34,049 nt of DNA from Desulfobacterales bacterium (GTDB taxonomy: Bacteria > Desulfobacterota > Desulfobacteria > Desulfobacterales > UBA11574): assembly GCA_030145595.1 (NCBI GenBank), contig JAQYVG010000002.1, positions 1-34,049 on the forward strand, in the 5' to 3' direction. Positions 8,680 through 16,512 of the stretch are shown here, one piece after another. How positions within the stretch are numbered: the first letter of the stretch is position 1; every line of letters starts with the position of its first letter. Below the pieces are notes generated by a model, which saw only the letters and a program-made list of their open reading frames with translations, was not told the DNA's origin and searched no databases. The translations under genes and the position numbers were made by a program.

Positions 8680-8736
8680 TTGAGAAAACTCCCCGACTCC
8701 TGACTTATTTATCAAATTATTAACTGCCCAAAGGCT

Positions 8737-9126
8737 TTAAGAAGCTAGATAGATTCCACGACTTTTGCGAACAATTTTGCCCATCTTGTGAAGCCGAAAA
8801 ATAATATTGCGAAGCTTTTTTTCTCCAAAACCGGTGCGGGCCTGAATTTCGGCAAACCCTACACCTTTTCGGAAACGTTTAATAACATCCAGCGTGATGT
8901 CAGCCGAAGTCGCGGCAGATCTGCCGGCGATTGTCCTGCCTTTGGCCGCCTTGGAGCCGGAAACCCGACGGCTCTTACCGGCGGCTGCTGGTTTGATCAG
9001 CTTTTCCAATCGATCCATTTTGGCCATCAGTTTGTCAATATCTTTCCGAGTAGGGATGTTGTAGTATTGCATGAAGAATTTAACCATGGCATCAAAACTT
9101 ATTGATTTTCCCTTTCTCCTCGTCAT
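8737..9126 (-). CDS. Small basic protein: N-terminal coiled-coil (phasin-like PTRKDIDKL motif), Arg/Lys/Ser/Ala linker, C-terminal winged-helix-like domain. Paralogue of 13558-14043.
   Basis: I place the start at the internal ATG at 9126 (MTRRKGK...) because AAGGAG lies 6 nt upstream. The track ORF start at 9171 has no SD. The C-terminal ~55 aa aligns with the C-terminus of the 161-aa protein at 13558-14043 (LD-V---RKG----A-Q--T-----L-N----L---G-I--KSRG-Y). Confidence 0.6.
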   Translation of the reverse strand: MTRRKGKSISFDAMVKFFMQYYNIPTRKDIDKLMAKMDRLEKLIKPAAAGKSRRVSGSKAAKGRTIAGRSAATSADITLDVIKRFRKGVGFAEIQARTGFGEKKLRNIIFRLHKMGKIVRKSRGIYLAS

Positions 9127-9306
9127 GTTATTCTCCTTGGATAGTGAGTATCTATGGCTGCAACGAAACAATAATATCTAAAAAAACTAATTGATTATAT
9201 TTAAAAAGTCAAGTACACCACAGACTGGAAATTTTAGCAACGTTGCATTATAAAATCGCTTGGCAAACCAACCCCTCATGACATTAATTACGAACACGAA
9301 AAGAGT

Positions 9307-10155
9307 ATGATATCTCCCAGAATACTTCTTGCGGCTCATAATATGCGGCCCAAGAAGCAACTCGGCCAAAATTTTTTGACGGAGCCGACCACCGCAGAAA
9401 TGATTGTCAGCCGTAGCGGAATATTGCCCGAGGATGTCGTTCTGGAAATCGGGTCCGGTCTCGGCGCCCTTACTATCCCTGTGGCTCGGACCGTTAAGAA
9501 GGTCTATGCGGTTGAAAAAGATCGTCAAATTTTAGACATTCTTAAAACCCAACTGCTTGTCAATAAACTTTCAAATGTTGTTTTAATGGGAGAAAATATA
9601 CTTAAGATCGATATTCAGGCGCTGGTTGAAAACATGCGCCGTAAAATCGTCGTCATGGGGAATCTTCCCTACAACATCTCTTCCCAAGTTCTTGTTCAAC
9701 TTATAGCTTCCAGAAGCGTGGTATCCCGAGCCGTTCTTATGTTCCAGAAAGAACTGGCCCAACGCATTACCGCTTACCCTGGCTGTAAGGAATATGGACG
9801 ACTTACGGTTATGCTGCGGTACTGCAGCGATATAAAAAAACTAGCCGACGTCAAGGCTGCTCTTTTCTTCCCGAAACCGAAAGTCGATTCCGAGGTTCTT
9901 GAATTCATTTTTAAATCATCACCAGAAATATCGGCACATGATGAAAACTTCCTTTTCAAGGTCATCAAAGCAGGTTTCGGCAATAGAAGAAAAACCCTTA
10001 AAAACGCGCTTACCGCCAGTCAGCTCAACCTTGATTCCAAGACAGCCGCCCAATTACTGCAACGTTCGGATATTGACCCTGAACGCCGTGCCGAAACTCT
10101 GGACGTCGCAGAGTTTGTCAAATTAAGCAACACCCTGCTGCATTTAGATATTTGA
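9307..10155 (+). CDS. rsmA: 16S rRNA (adenine1518-N6/adenine1519-N6)-dimethyltransferase
   Basis: KsgA/RsmA signature PKKQLGQNFL. SAM-binding motif VLEIGSGLGALT. NLPYNISS motif. The true start may be the internal Met at 9343 (MRPKKQLGQNFL). Confidence 0.9.
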   Translation: MISPRILLAAHNMRPKKQLGQNFLTEPTTAEMIVSRSGILPEDVVLEIGSGLGALTIPVARTVKKVYAVEKDRQILDILKTQLLVNKLSNVVLMGENILKIDIQALVENMRRKIVVMGNLPYNISSQVLVQLIASRSVVSRAVLMFQKELAQRITAYPGCKEYGRLTVMLRYCSDIKKLADVKAALFFPKPKVDSEVLEFIFKSSPEISAHDENFLFKVIKAGFGNRRKTLKNALTASQLNLDSKTAAQLLQRSDIDPERRAETLDVAEFVKLSNTLLHLDI

Positions 10156-10173
10156 GAAGCCGGAAAGATTTTT

Positions 10174-10228
10174 CCATAATGCTTTGTGAATTAGCGCAAT
10201 GGATGATCAGATTTTAAGGTGCGTAATG
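10174..10228 (+). repeat. Family A fragment A4 (left arm only, A3 subfamily)
   Basis: CCATAATGCTTTGTGAATTAGCGCAATGGATGATCAGATTTTAAGG matches A3 27490-27535 (CCATAATGCTTGGTGCATTAGCGAAACGGATGATCAGATTTTAAAG). Similarity stops 2-3 nt before the stop codon (10231-10233) of the convergent M16 gene. Confidence 0.6.
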
Positions 10229-10230
10229 CA

Positions 10231-13176
10231 TTATTTTTCTTTTTTTGGTTTTACGATAATGACTGCCGCCTTGCTATTGTCCAGGTATTGCCTGGCAAGC
10301 GCCGACAACTCTTCTTTTGTAATCGAAGCATAATCCGGCATTATTGTCCGGCTCCATTCGAGCTGCTGAGGATGTTGTTCCGAGCCGTTGAGAACCGTAT
10401 TTAACCAGTAGCCATTCTTACGCTTCATATCTTTAATGCTGGTGAGTGTTGGAGTCACGGCCCGTCTCAACGCGTCCTGGGAAGCGCCATTTTCAGCAAG
10501 ATCCGCAATTAATTTTTTTACAACACCAACAACCATATCGACTTCTTCCGGGTCGACATGTATCATGATCTGGAATACGCCATATCCCGGGTAAGCTCGT
10601 TTCGGACTGTTAAAGGCAAATGCGGAATAAGCTGCTCCCAGTTTTTCCCGGACCTCCTCACGAAGTTCGTCAGAAACGATATCTGCCAGGATAGCAAAAC
10701 GGCGTGTTCTTCCGATATTCCACAAATCTTCCGATGGGTAGGCGATAACTACCAGGCCCTTGGGTATTTCTGTCTCAACGGGTATCAGCAGAGATTGATT
10801 ATCCGGAAATTGAGGCAAACGTGATGACTTTTCTGTAAATGCGCTTGGCTTTTTAGAAAGATTGCCAAGATATTTAGACGCTGTTTTGACTACATTTTCG
10901 ACATCAAAGTCTCCCACTATCGATACTTCAATATCTTCCGTTTTCAATGAAGCCTCGAACCATGATCGCACATGATCAAGCGTAGATTGCTTGAATCTTC
11001 TGTAATCAGGAAGACCAAAGCGGCTGTCGTCCCCGGCAAGAAAGCGATTTCCGGTAAGTACCATGGCCCCCTTGATGGAACTTGCGAGTCTTTGGTATTG
11101 TTGTTTGAAGCGTTCCAAGGAAAGGTTATAGGCATCTTTGCGAAAACCTGGATCAACCAGATGGGCGTATAGCAGTTGAAAAAGCAGAGGCACTTCTTCG
11201 GGAACAGTTTTGCCCGTGAAATAAAAGCGGTCTTCCCCAATACTGAAATTGACCGTCGTATTTTTCCCAGCCATGGCCAACTCTATTTCATTCTTGTCGA
11301 GTGTGCCGAGTCCGCTTTCATTAATAACCATTGTGGTAAGAGAGGCCAGCCCGGCCTTATGGGCCGGTTCGGCCGACCGGCCCATACCAAAAGCAAGCTT
11401 AACCAAAACTTCATCAGCCTCAAAATCTGTCTTTTTGAGGTTCAGACGCACCCCGTTTTCAAAGTCAATCTGGACAATTCCAAGATCAGGCAATGCTGAT
11501 CGATTTACAATCCGGCCTGCTTTTGCAGGTTCGGAAAGATAAGGAAACATCACTGCTTTAGATTCAGGCGGCCTTGATACTGTAACTTTATGGCTCCTGT
11601 TATAGGTTGCCAGTATCTGCTGCTCAGGTTTTTTGTCCCTGCCGGTCAGATCGGCATTGCCTGTTACAAGGATCAGTCTATGGTTGGGTGACCACGTTTT
11701 TTTGAAAGCATCGTGAACATTTTTTAGTGTCAGGGATTTGAGCAACGGTGTAAAAAGTTCTTTTTTCTGTGAAGGCGACATGAAAACCCTGTCGGCGTTC
11801 AGTGACCACATTATTCTGCGTGCCAGATGCCGGCTGTCGCGTGTCGGAGCCTTTTTAACCGCCAGGTCAAGTTCTGAAAGAATATTCTTTTTCACCCTTT
11901 CGAGCTCTGATTTTACAAACCCGTATTCCAATGCCTGTCGTAAGGTTTGTTCGATAAGCACAAGTGATTTCTCCCAGTTCTCCGGACTGCTCTCGGCAGC
12001 TATGTCGGCATATTTAATTTGGTGTAAAAAAATACCGGAACTGATAGCTGCCGAAGTAAAAGGAGTGTTCGGTTCGCCGACCAGTCTGTCCAGCCTGTTC
12101 TGAACAATTCTGTCGGCAACATTTGCCGTCAACAAACTGCTTTGAAGGGCGAGAGAATCCGGCTTCCTTGGAATCTTTTTCATAACTTCAACGCTTATTT
12201 GGGTATTGCCGGTTTCCTGTTCAAAATGGTAGAATGATTTTAATCCCTTATGGTGAATTGGTCCTAAGTCGGGCTGTGGTTCGGGAGGTGCCCGGGGGGA
12301 TAAAGATGAAAATTTTTCTTCGATAAGCGCCGGCGCCAACTTAACGTCAAAGTCCCCCATCATAACAAGTATCATTTTTTCCGGGCGGTACCATGTATCG
12401 TAGAAAGCTTTAAGCTGCCTGCTATCGACATTGCGCAGAACTTTTTCAACACCGATTGGAAGTCTCTTCGATATTCTTGAGTCAGGAAACTCGAATTTCA
12501 TCGTCGCAACATGGGTTCGATACGACGCTGAATCCCTGGTTCGCTTTTCAGCCAGAACTACTCGCCGCTCTCTTAAAACCTCTGGCTGTAAGAGAAGCGC
12601 ACCTTTAGCATAGTCTTGCATTACAACAAGTCCTTGCTCCAGGCTTGCCCGGCTGCCTTCAGGCAGCAGGATATCATAACCGGTTTTATTAAAGCCGGTA
12701 TGAGCATTGGCATCGGGTCCAAATTGCATCCCGATGCTTTGGAAGTATTTTACAAGTTCTCCGGGTTGAAAATTCGTAGAACCGTTAAAGAGCATGTGTT
12801 CCAGAAAATGAGCCAAGCCCTGTTGAGAGTCTGATTCACTTGTTGAGCCTACTTGGACATTCAGGTGCATACTCACCCTGTCTTTGGGCTTATGATTTTC
12901 CAGTAATACATACCTGAATCCATTCTTCAGTGTTCCAAAAACAACGACAGGGTCAGGAGAAAGATCGCTTTTTTCATGGGGCCATGTATTTAGAGTGTCG
13001 ATTTTCTCAGAAGCAGCGGCGGCACTGGAAAGATGGATGGGGGAATTTTGAAAAAAAAAGCTGCTGTGGTTGTTGCCGGCACCTTGTTTGACGGAGAAAA
13101 AAAATAATGCAGTACCTATAATTGCAGCCCACGTGCAAAACCTTAGGATAAAAGGGCCAGATCGTTTTTTGGACAT
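10231..13176 (-). CDS. Secreted or membrane-anchored M16 family zinc peptidase (pitrilysin/PqqL-like, double M16 unit)
   Basis: 981 aa. N-terminal signal/anchor (FILRFCTWAAIIGTALFFFSV). HxxEH motif in GLAHFLEHMLFNGSTNF. The length corresponds to two active/inactive M16 domain pairs. Confidence 0.9.
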   Translation of the reverse strand: MSKKRSGPFILRFCTWAAIIGTALFFFSVKQGAGNNHSSFFFQNSPIHLSSAAAASEKIDTLNTWPHEKSDLSPDPVVVFGTLKNGFRYVLLENHKPKDRVSMHLNVQVGSTSESDSQQGLAHFLEHMLFNGSTNFQPGELVKYFQSIGMQFGPDANAHTGFNKTGYDILLPEGSRASLEQGLVVMQDYAKGALLLQPEVLRERRVVLAEKRTRDSASYRTHVATMKFEFPDSRISKRLPIGVEKVLRNVDSRQLKAFYDTWYRPEKMILVMMGDFDVKLAPALIEEKFSSLSPRAPPEPQPDLGPIHHKGLKSFYHFEQETGNTQISVEVMKKIPRKPDSLALQSSLLTANVADRIVQNRLDRLVGEPNTPFTSAAISSGIFLHQIKYADIAAESSPENWEKSLVLIEQTLRQALEYGFVKSELERVKKNILSELDLAVKKAPTRDSRHLARRIMWSLNADRVFMSPSQKKELFTPLLKSLTLKNVHDAFKKTWSPNHRLILVTGNADLTGRDKKPEQQILATYNRSHKVTVSRPPESKAVMFPYLSEPAKAGRIVNRSALPDLGIVQIDFENGVRLNLKKTDFEADEVLVKLAFGMGRSAEPAHKAGLASLTTMVINESGLGTLDKNEIELAMAGKNTTVNFSIGEDRFYFTGKTVPEEVPLLFQLLYAHLVDPGFRKDAYNLSLERFKQQYQRLASSIKGAMVLTGNRFLAGDDSRFGLPDYRRFKQSTLDHVRSWFEASLKTEDIEVSIVGDFDVENVVKTASKYLGNLSKKPSAFTEKSSRLPQFPDNQSLLIPVETEIPKGLVVIAYPSEDLWNIGRTRRFAILADIVSDELREEVREKLGAAYSAFAFNSPKRAYPGYGVFQIMIHVDPEEVDMVVGVVKKLIADLAENGASQDALRRAVTPTLTSIKDMKRKNGYWLNTVLNGSEQHPQQLEWSRTIMPDYASITKEELSALARQYLDNSKAAVIIVKPKKEK

Positions 13177-13227
13177 AATTTTACTCCTGCTCTCCCGATT
13201 TCAATTGAGCTTTTTTCGCCCAATTGG

Positions 13228-13251
13228 GTGTCCGTTGTCCGTCGTGGGTTG
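13228..13251 (+). repeat. Short heptad array (GTGTCCG TTGTCCG TCGTGGG TTG)
   Basis: Direct reading shows 7-nt periodic TGTCCGT units 52-75 nt upstream of the M16 peptidase start. Same word family as the ends of family B. Confidence 0.4.
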
Positions 13252-13379
13252 CTAAGTCCATCGATTAATAAATTCGATATGGAGTTTTGGCTCGATTAGG
13301 GTTTTACGAAACAGCTATAGATAATATAAAACAGGTCATAGAAATAACAATGTCTCTGAAACAAATTTCGATAGAAATG

Positions 13380-13429
13380 AAAAGCCTTCATTCTGCTCGC
13401 TCAAAATATTAAACAGACTGAAGGCTTTT
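13380..13429 (-). terminator. Long-loop hairpin, weak candidate terminator downstream of the 161-aa H1-like gene
   Basis: AAAAGCCTTCA (13380-13390) is the exact complement of TGAAGGCTTTT (13419-13429), with a 28-nt loop. A/T runs flank it on both sides. The large loop makes terminator function doubtful. Confidence 0.25.
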
Positions 13430-13557
13430 TTAGGACTTCCAAAGCGGTCGTCGCAAGAATACCAAGCATGGAACCATAACTGAGTCAAAGCTCGATTAAG
13501 TGTTATCCGTGATTGGTTTTAGGTAAAATATAAACGGAATACCCCAGATGCCGGCGA

Positions 13558-14043
13558 CTACTTCTTCACATAAAGGCCGCGCGACTTTGCAGCGATCATA
13601 CCTTTGTTTGAAAGCTTGTAAAGCGCGTTGCTAAGCTGTCTGGGATTAAGTTTTGTTTTTTCTTGCAGTGCAGCGACAGTAATGCCTTTACGGGCTTTTT
13701 TAATGGCGCCAAATACGGTGTCCAGAACAGTAGCTTTTTCCTTTGCTTCAACTTTTTTTGCAGGAGCCTTTTTCTTCGCCACTGCTTTTTTTGCAGGAGC
13801 CTTTTTCTTCGCCACTGCTTTTTTTGCAGGAGCTTTTTTCTTCGCCACTGCTTTTTTTGCAGGGGCCTTTTTCTTCGCCACGGCTTTTCTCACGGGAGCT
13901 TTCTTCTTCGCCACTGCTTTTTTTGCAGGAGCCGCTTTGGGGGCTTTAAGTTTATCTAACTGTTTTGTGATTTTATCTACCTGCTTGGAAAGCTTTGCCA
14001 GTGACTTAGATACGGTATTTACTTGCACTTTTAATTTCTTCAT
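13558..14043 (-). CDS. Histone-H1-like nucleoid-associated protein candidate: coiled-coil N-terminus, (KKAVAKKKAPA)x5 Lys/Ala/Pro repeats, C-terminal winged-helix-like domain
   Basis: 161-aa ORF with five near-identical 11-aa repeats encoded by 33-bp DNA repeats. The C-terminus VLDTVFGAIKKARKGITVAALQEKTKLNPRQLSNALYKLSNKGMIAAKSRGLYVKK aligns with the C-terminus of the 8737-9126 protein. The K/A/P tract resembles AlgP/PhaF/Hc1-type bacterial H1-like tails. Confidence 0.7.
   Translation of the reverse strand: MKKLKVQVNTVSKSLAKLSKQVDKITKQLDKLKAPKAAPAKKAVAKKKAPVRKAVAKKKAPAKKAVAKKKAPAKKAVAKKKAPAKKAVAKKKAPAKKVEAKEKATVLDTVFGAIKKARKGITVAALQEKTKLNPRQLSNALYKLSNKGMIAAKSRGLYVKK
13752..13940 (-). repeat. 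33-bp tandem repeat (~5.5 units) inside the H1-like CDS
   Basis: GCAGG unit starts are at 13760, 13793, 13826, 13859, (degenerate) 13892 and 13925, an exact 33-nt period that keeps the frame. This explains the three spurious + strand ORFs in the track. Confidence 0.9.
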
Positions 14044-14325
14044 TTACATTTACCTCCTTAATAGGTTGATATTCTTAACAACAACGATGCTTCACTCTAA
14101 ATGCTATTTTATAGAATGTCAACCAAATCTGAAATTAAAATGTAATTCTTTCTACTTGTTAGTCCTGGTATTCCTTTTGTTGAGAATCTTGGAGGTTCGC
14201 CGGCGGGTAGTATAAAATCGCAGATTGATTTTATGATTTGTTGACAAAAACATGTCCATGTGAAAGAAAATCTTGCCCGGTTCGAGTCTTTATTTTTCAT
14301 AATCGCGGCTTTTTGAAGAACCCTG

Positions 14326-14380
14326 CAGCCCCGCTGAGCGGGATTTCCGCTGCGCGCCATCCCCGATGCTCGGGATCTAC
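14326..14380 (+). repeat. Family D GC-rich hairpin element (two hairpins)
   Basis: CCCCGCTGAGCGGGATTTCCGCTGCGC followed by ATCCCCGATGCTCGGGAT. The 17-mer CGGGATTTCCGCTGCGC matches the reverse complement of 17651-17667 at 16 of 17 positions. Located in the promoter region upstream of the helicase gene. Confidence 0.45.
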
Positions 14381-14448
14381 ACTTCGCTCCGGCAAGCTGG
14401 CTGCGGGGTTAGCGAGCGCTGTGCAGCTCAAGGTTTAAAGTTATTATA

Positions 14449-16392
14449 ATGACGATGAAAGTCAATTCTAATATTCCTTATCACGAAGCACTGAATCCTT
14501 CTCAGCTGGAAGCGGTCAACTTCAACAAAGGGCCGCTGCTGGTGATCGCCGGCGCCGGCAGCGGGAAGACCAGAGCGCTTACTTACAGGGTTGCTCGTCT
14601 AGTGGAAAAGGGCGTTGCGCCGGATTCTATTCTTCTTTTGACATTTACCCGCAAAGCATCGTTTGAGATGCTGAAACGTGCTGCGCTGCTTTTAGACAAT
14701 CGATGCGAAAAGGTTGCGGGGGGAACATTTCACTCCTTCGCCAATACGGTATTGCGAAGATATGCGCCAAAAGTTGGGTTTAATCGCGATTACTCTATCC
14801 TCGACCGTGCTGATTCAGAAAGCCTGATAAGCATGTTGAGAAAAGAGATGACTTTCATTGCCGGGCACAGGTCCTTTCCAAGAAAGCAGACCCTGGCGAA
14901 CATTTTTGGACGGGCCGTCAATAAAGCTGTGCCGATTGAACTTGTCATTTTAAATGACTACCCGCATTTCGCTCACCATACTGAAGCAATAATTGCGCTT
15001 TCCAATGACTACAAAAGACACAAAGCCGAGCATTTTTTCTTCGATTATGATGACCTTCTTGTTTATTTGAAAACCCTTCTTAAAGATCATGCCGACATTT
15101 GTCACAGCATCTCTTCTACCTATCGCTATTTAATGATCGATGAATATCAAGATACCAATTTAATCCAGGCCGATATCATACGCTTGCTGGCCGCCAGCCA
15201 TCAGAATGTTATGGTAGTTGGCGACGATTCCCAGAGTATCTATGCTTTTAGAGGCGCCAATTTTAAAAATATCATGAATTTCCCTAAAATATTTCCCGGC
15301 ACCCATATCATCAGGCTCGAAGAAAACTATCGCAGTACTCAACCCATCTTAAACCTTACCAATGTGATTATTGAGCGGGCCACGGAAAAATATTCCAAAA
15401 TTCTTTTTACGCGTAGAATCGGAGGGTCTTTACCGGTACTTGTCAATGCTGTCAGTGAAAACAGCCAGTCGCGCTTTGTGGCTGAAAAAATTCGTAAGCT
15501 GAATCAAAGCGGCGTACCCTTGGGTCAGATTGCAGTACTTTTCCGGGCAAATTTTCATTCCTTTGATCTTGAGATTGAGCTCAGTCGTGACAATATCCCG
15601 TTTGCAAAAACAGGCGGTTTCAAATTCACTGAATCCGCACATATAAAAGATGTTTTGGCCCATCTGAAGGTGTTATGCAACCCATACGACAGAATCAGCT
15701 GGTATCGAATACTGCTGCTGCTGAGCCGCATAGGCCCCAAGAGCGCTCAGAACATCTATGCAGCGATATTGGCTGAACAGAAAGGATATAAAGGACTTTT
15801 CACAGTTAAAGCCAAAAACATCCTGACCGGGGACTTTCAGCGGTTAAAGGAATTTTTTAAGTTTATCGATTCTAAGACCATGTCCGTAGCTCAAGCCGGT
15901 GCGGCTGTCTTAAAGTACTACACACCTATTTTGAAAGATAAATATGACGATCATCCCAAAAGAACAAAGGATCTTGAACATTTTTTGACCATAATGGAAC
16001 GATACCTGAATATCGAATCATTTTTAACTGATATGGCCCTTGAACCACCCAGCACCAGTATCAACAACTCTCTTTCGCTGGATGATCCGGGTGATGGCCG
16101 CTTAATCCTTTCCACCGTACATTCGGCCAAAGGTCTTGAATGGCACACTGTTTTTATCATTTGGGCCTTAGACGGCCGCTTCCCCTCGATACACGCTTTG
16201 CACAGTTCGGAAGATTTCGAAGAAGAGTTAAGGCTTATGTATGTTGCCGCTACACGGGCCAGGGAGAATCTGTTTTTTATCTATCCGGGCCATGTTTACG
16301 ACAGAACCTCGGGCATGGTCCTTGGCCGTCCTTCCAGTTTTATCGCTGATATACCGGACAACATCCTCGCCCGTATTTCTCATGAACAATAG
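14449..16392 (+). CDS. UvrD/PcrA/Rep-family ATP-dependent DNA helicase (SF1)
   Basis: 647 aa. Walker A AGAGSGKT. Motif II DEYQDTN. Motif III VGDDSQSIYAFRGA. LEENYRST. TVHSAKGLEW. YVAATRAR. The start could be the ATG two codons downstream (14455). Confidence 0.9.
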   Translation: MTMKVNSNIPYHEALNPSQLEAVNFNKGPLLVIAGAGSGKTRALTYRVARLVEKGVAPDSILLLTFTRKASFEMLKRAALLLDNRCEKVAGGTFHSFANTVLRRYAPKVGFNRDYSILDRADSESLISMLRKEMTFIAGHRSFPRKQTLANIFGRAVNKAVPIELVILNDYPHFAHHTEAIIALSNDYKRHKAEHFFFDYDDLLVYLKTLLKDHADICHSISSTYRYLMIDEYQDTNLIQADIIRLLAASHQNVMVVGDDSQSIYAFRGANFKNIMNFPKIFPGTHIIRLEENYRSTQPILNLTNVIIERATEKYSKILFTRRIGGSLPVLVNAVSENSQSRFVAEKIRKLNQSGVPLGQIAVLFRANFHSFDLEIELSRDNIPFAKTGGFKFTESAHIKDVLAHLKVLCNPYDRISWYRILLLLSRIGPKSAQNIYAAILAEQKGYKGLFTVKAKNILTGDFQRLKEFFKFIDSKTMSVAQAGAAVLKYYTPILKDKYDDHPKRTKDLEHFLTIMERYLNIESFLTDMALEPPSTSINNSLSLDDPGDGRLILSTVHSAKGLEWHTVFIIWALDGRFPSIHALHSSEDFEEELRLMYVAATRARENLFFIYPGHVYDRTSGMVLGRPSSFIADIPDNILARISHEQ

Positions 16393-16512
16393 CACGACAG
16401 GTACTTTTACTTAAATTGATATGCAACTTGGGCCTTGATATGTCCGTTCGGAAATTATATATTTAATAAATACTGCAAAGAAATTTATAATTTTTTCATA
16501 GCGGAGGTTGAA

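Noticed and set aside
9187-9528. 113-aa minus-strand ORF overlapping the rsmA start
   Set aside because: It is antisense to a confidently identified gene, has no motif, and is probably a chance open frame.
5401-13255. Numerous 60-120-aa antisense or alternative-frame ORFs inside the two M16 peptidase genes; the same applies inside helicase, ald, alr, tup, kinase, nrdD and the ChaN gene
   Set aside because: All are nested in long ORFs with strong family motifs on the other strand or frame, and none has a recognisable domain.
13752-13940. CRISPR array (also considered for 27372-27402)
   Set aside because: The repeats are contiguous with no unique spacers. The 33-bp units are in-frame coding repeats, the 7-nt units are far too short, and there are no cas genes.
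13628-14215. Three + strand ORFs (195, 98 and 68 aa) overlapping the H1-like gene
   Set aside because: They are mirror-frame artefacts of the 33-bp tandem repeat (FFAGAFFFATA... and LFLQEPFSSP... repeats). They have no SD, and the minus-strand frame has a coherent domain architecture and a paralogue.
14109-14438. ORFs 14109-14360 (-) and 14238-14438 (+) upstream of the helicase gene
   Set aside because: They overlap each other across the GC-rich family D hairpins, and the sequence is repeat-derived. They show no recognisable domains or ribosome-binding sites.
16435-16512. N-terminal extensions given by the longest-ORF rule (ald 16435, kinase 25569, small basic protein 9171, tupA 22420)
   Set aside because: In each case an internal ATG with a good SD (GGAGG or AAGGAG) gives the canonical family N-terminus or abuts the upstream stop. 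The extensions lack an SD.
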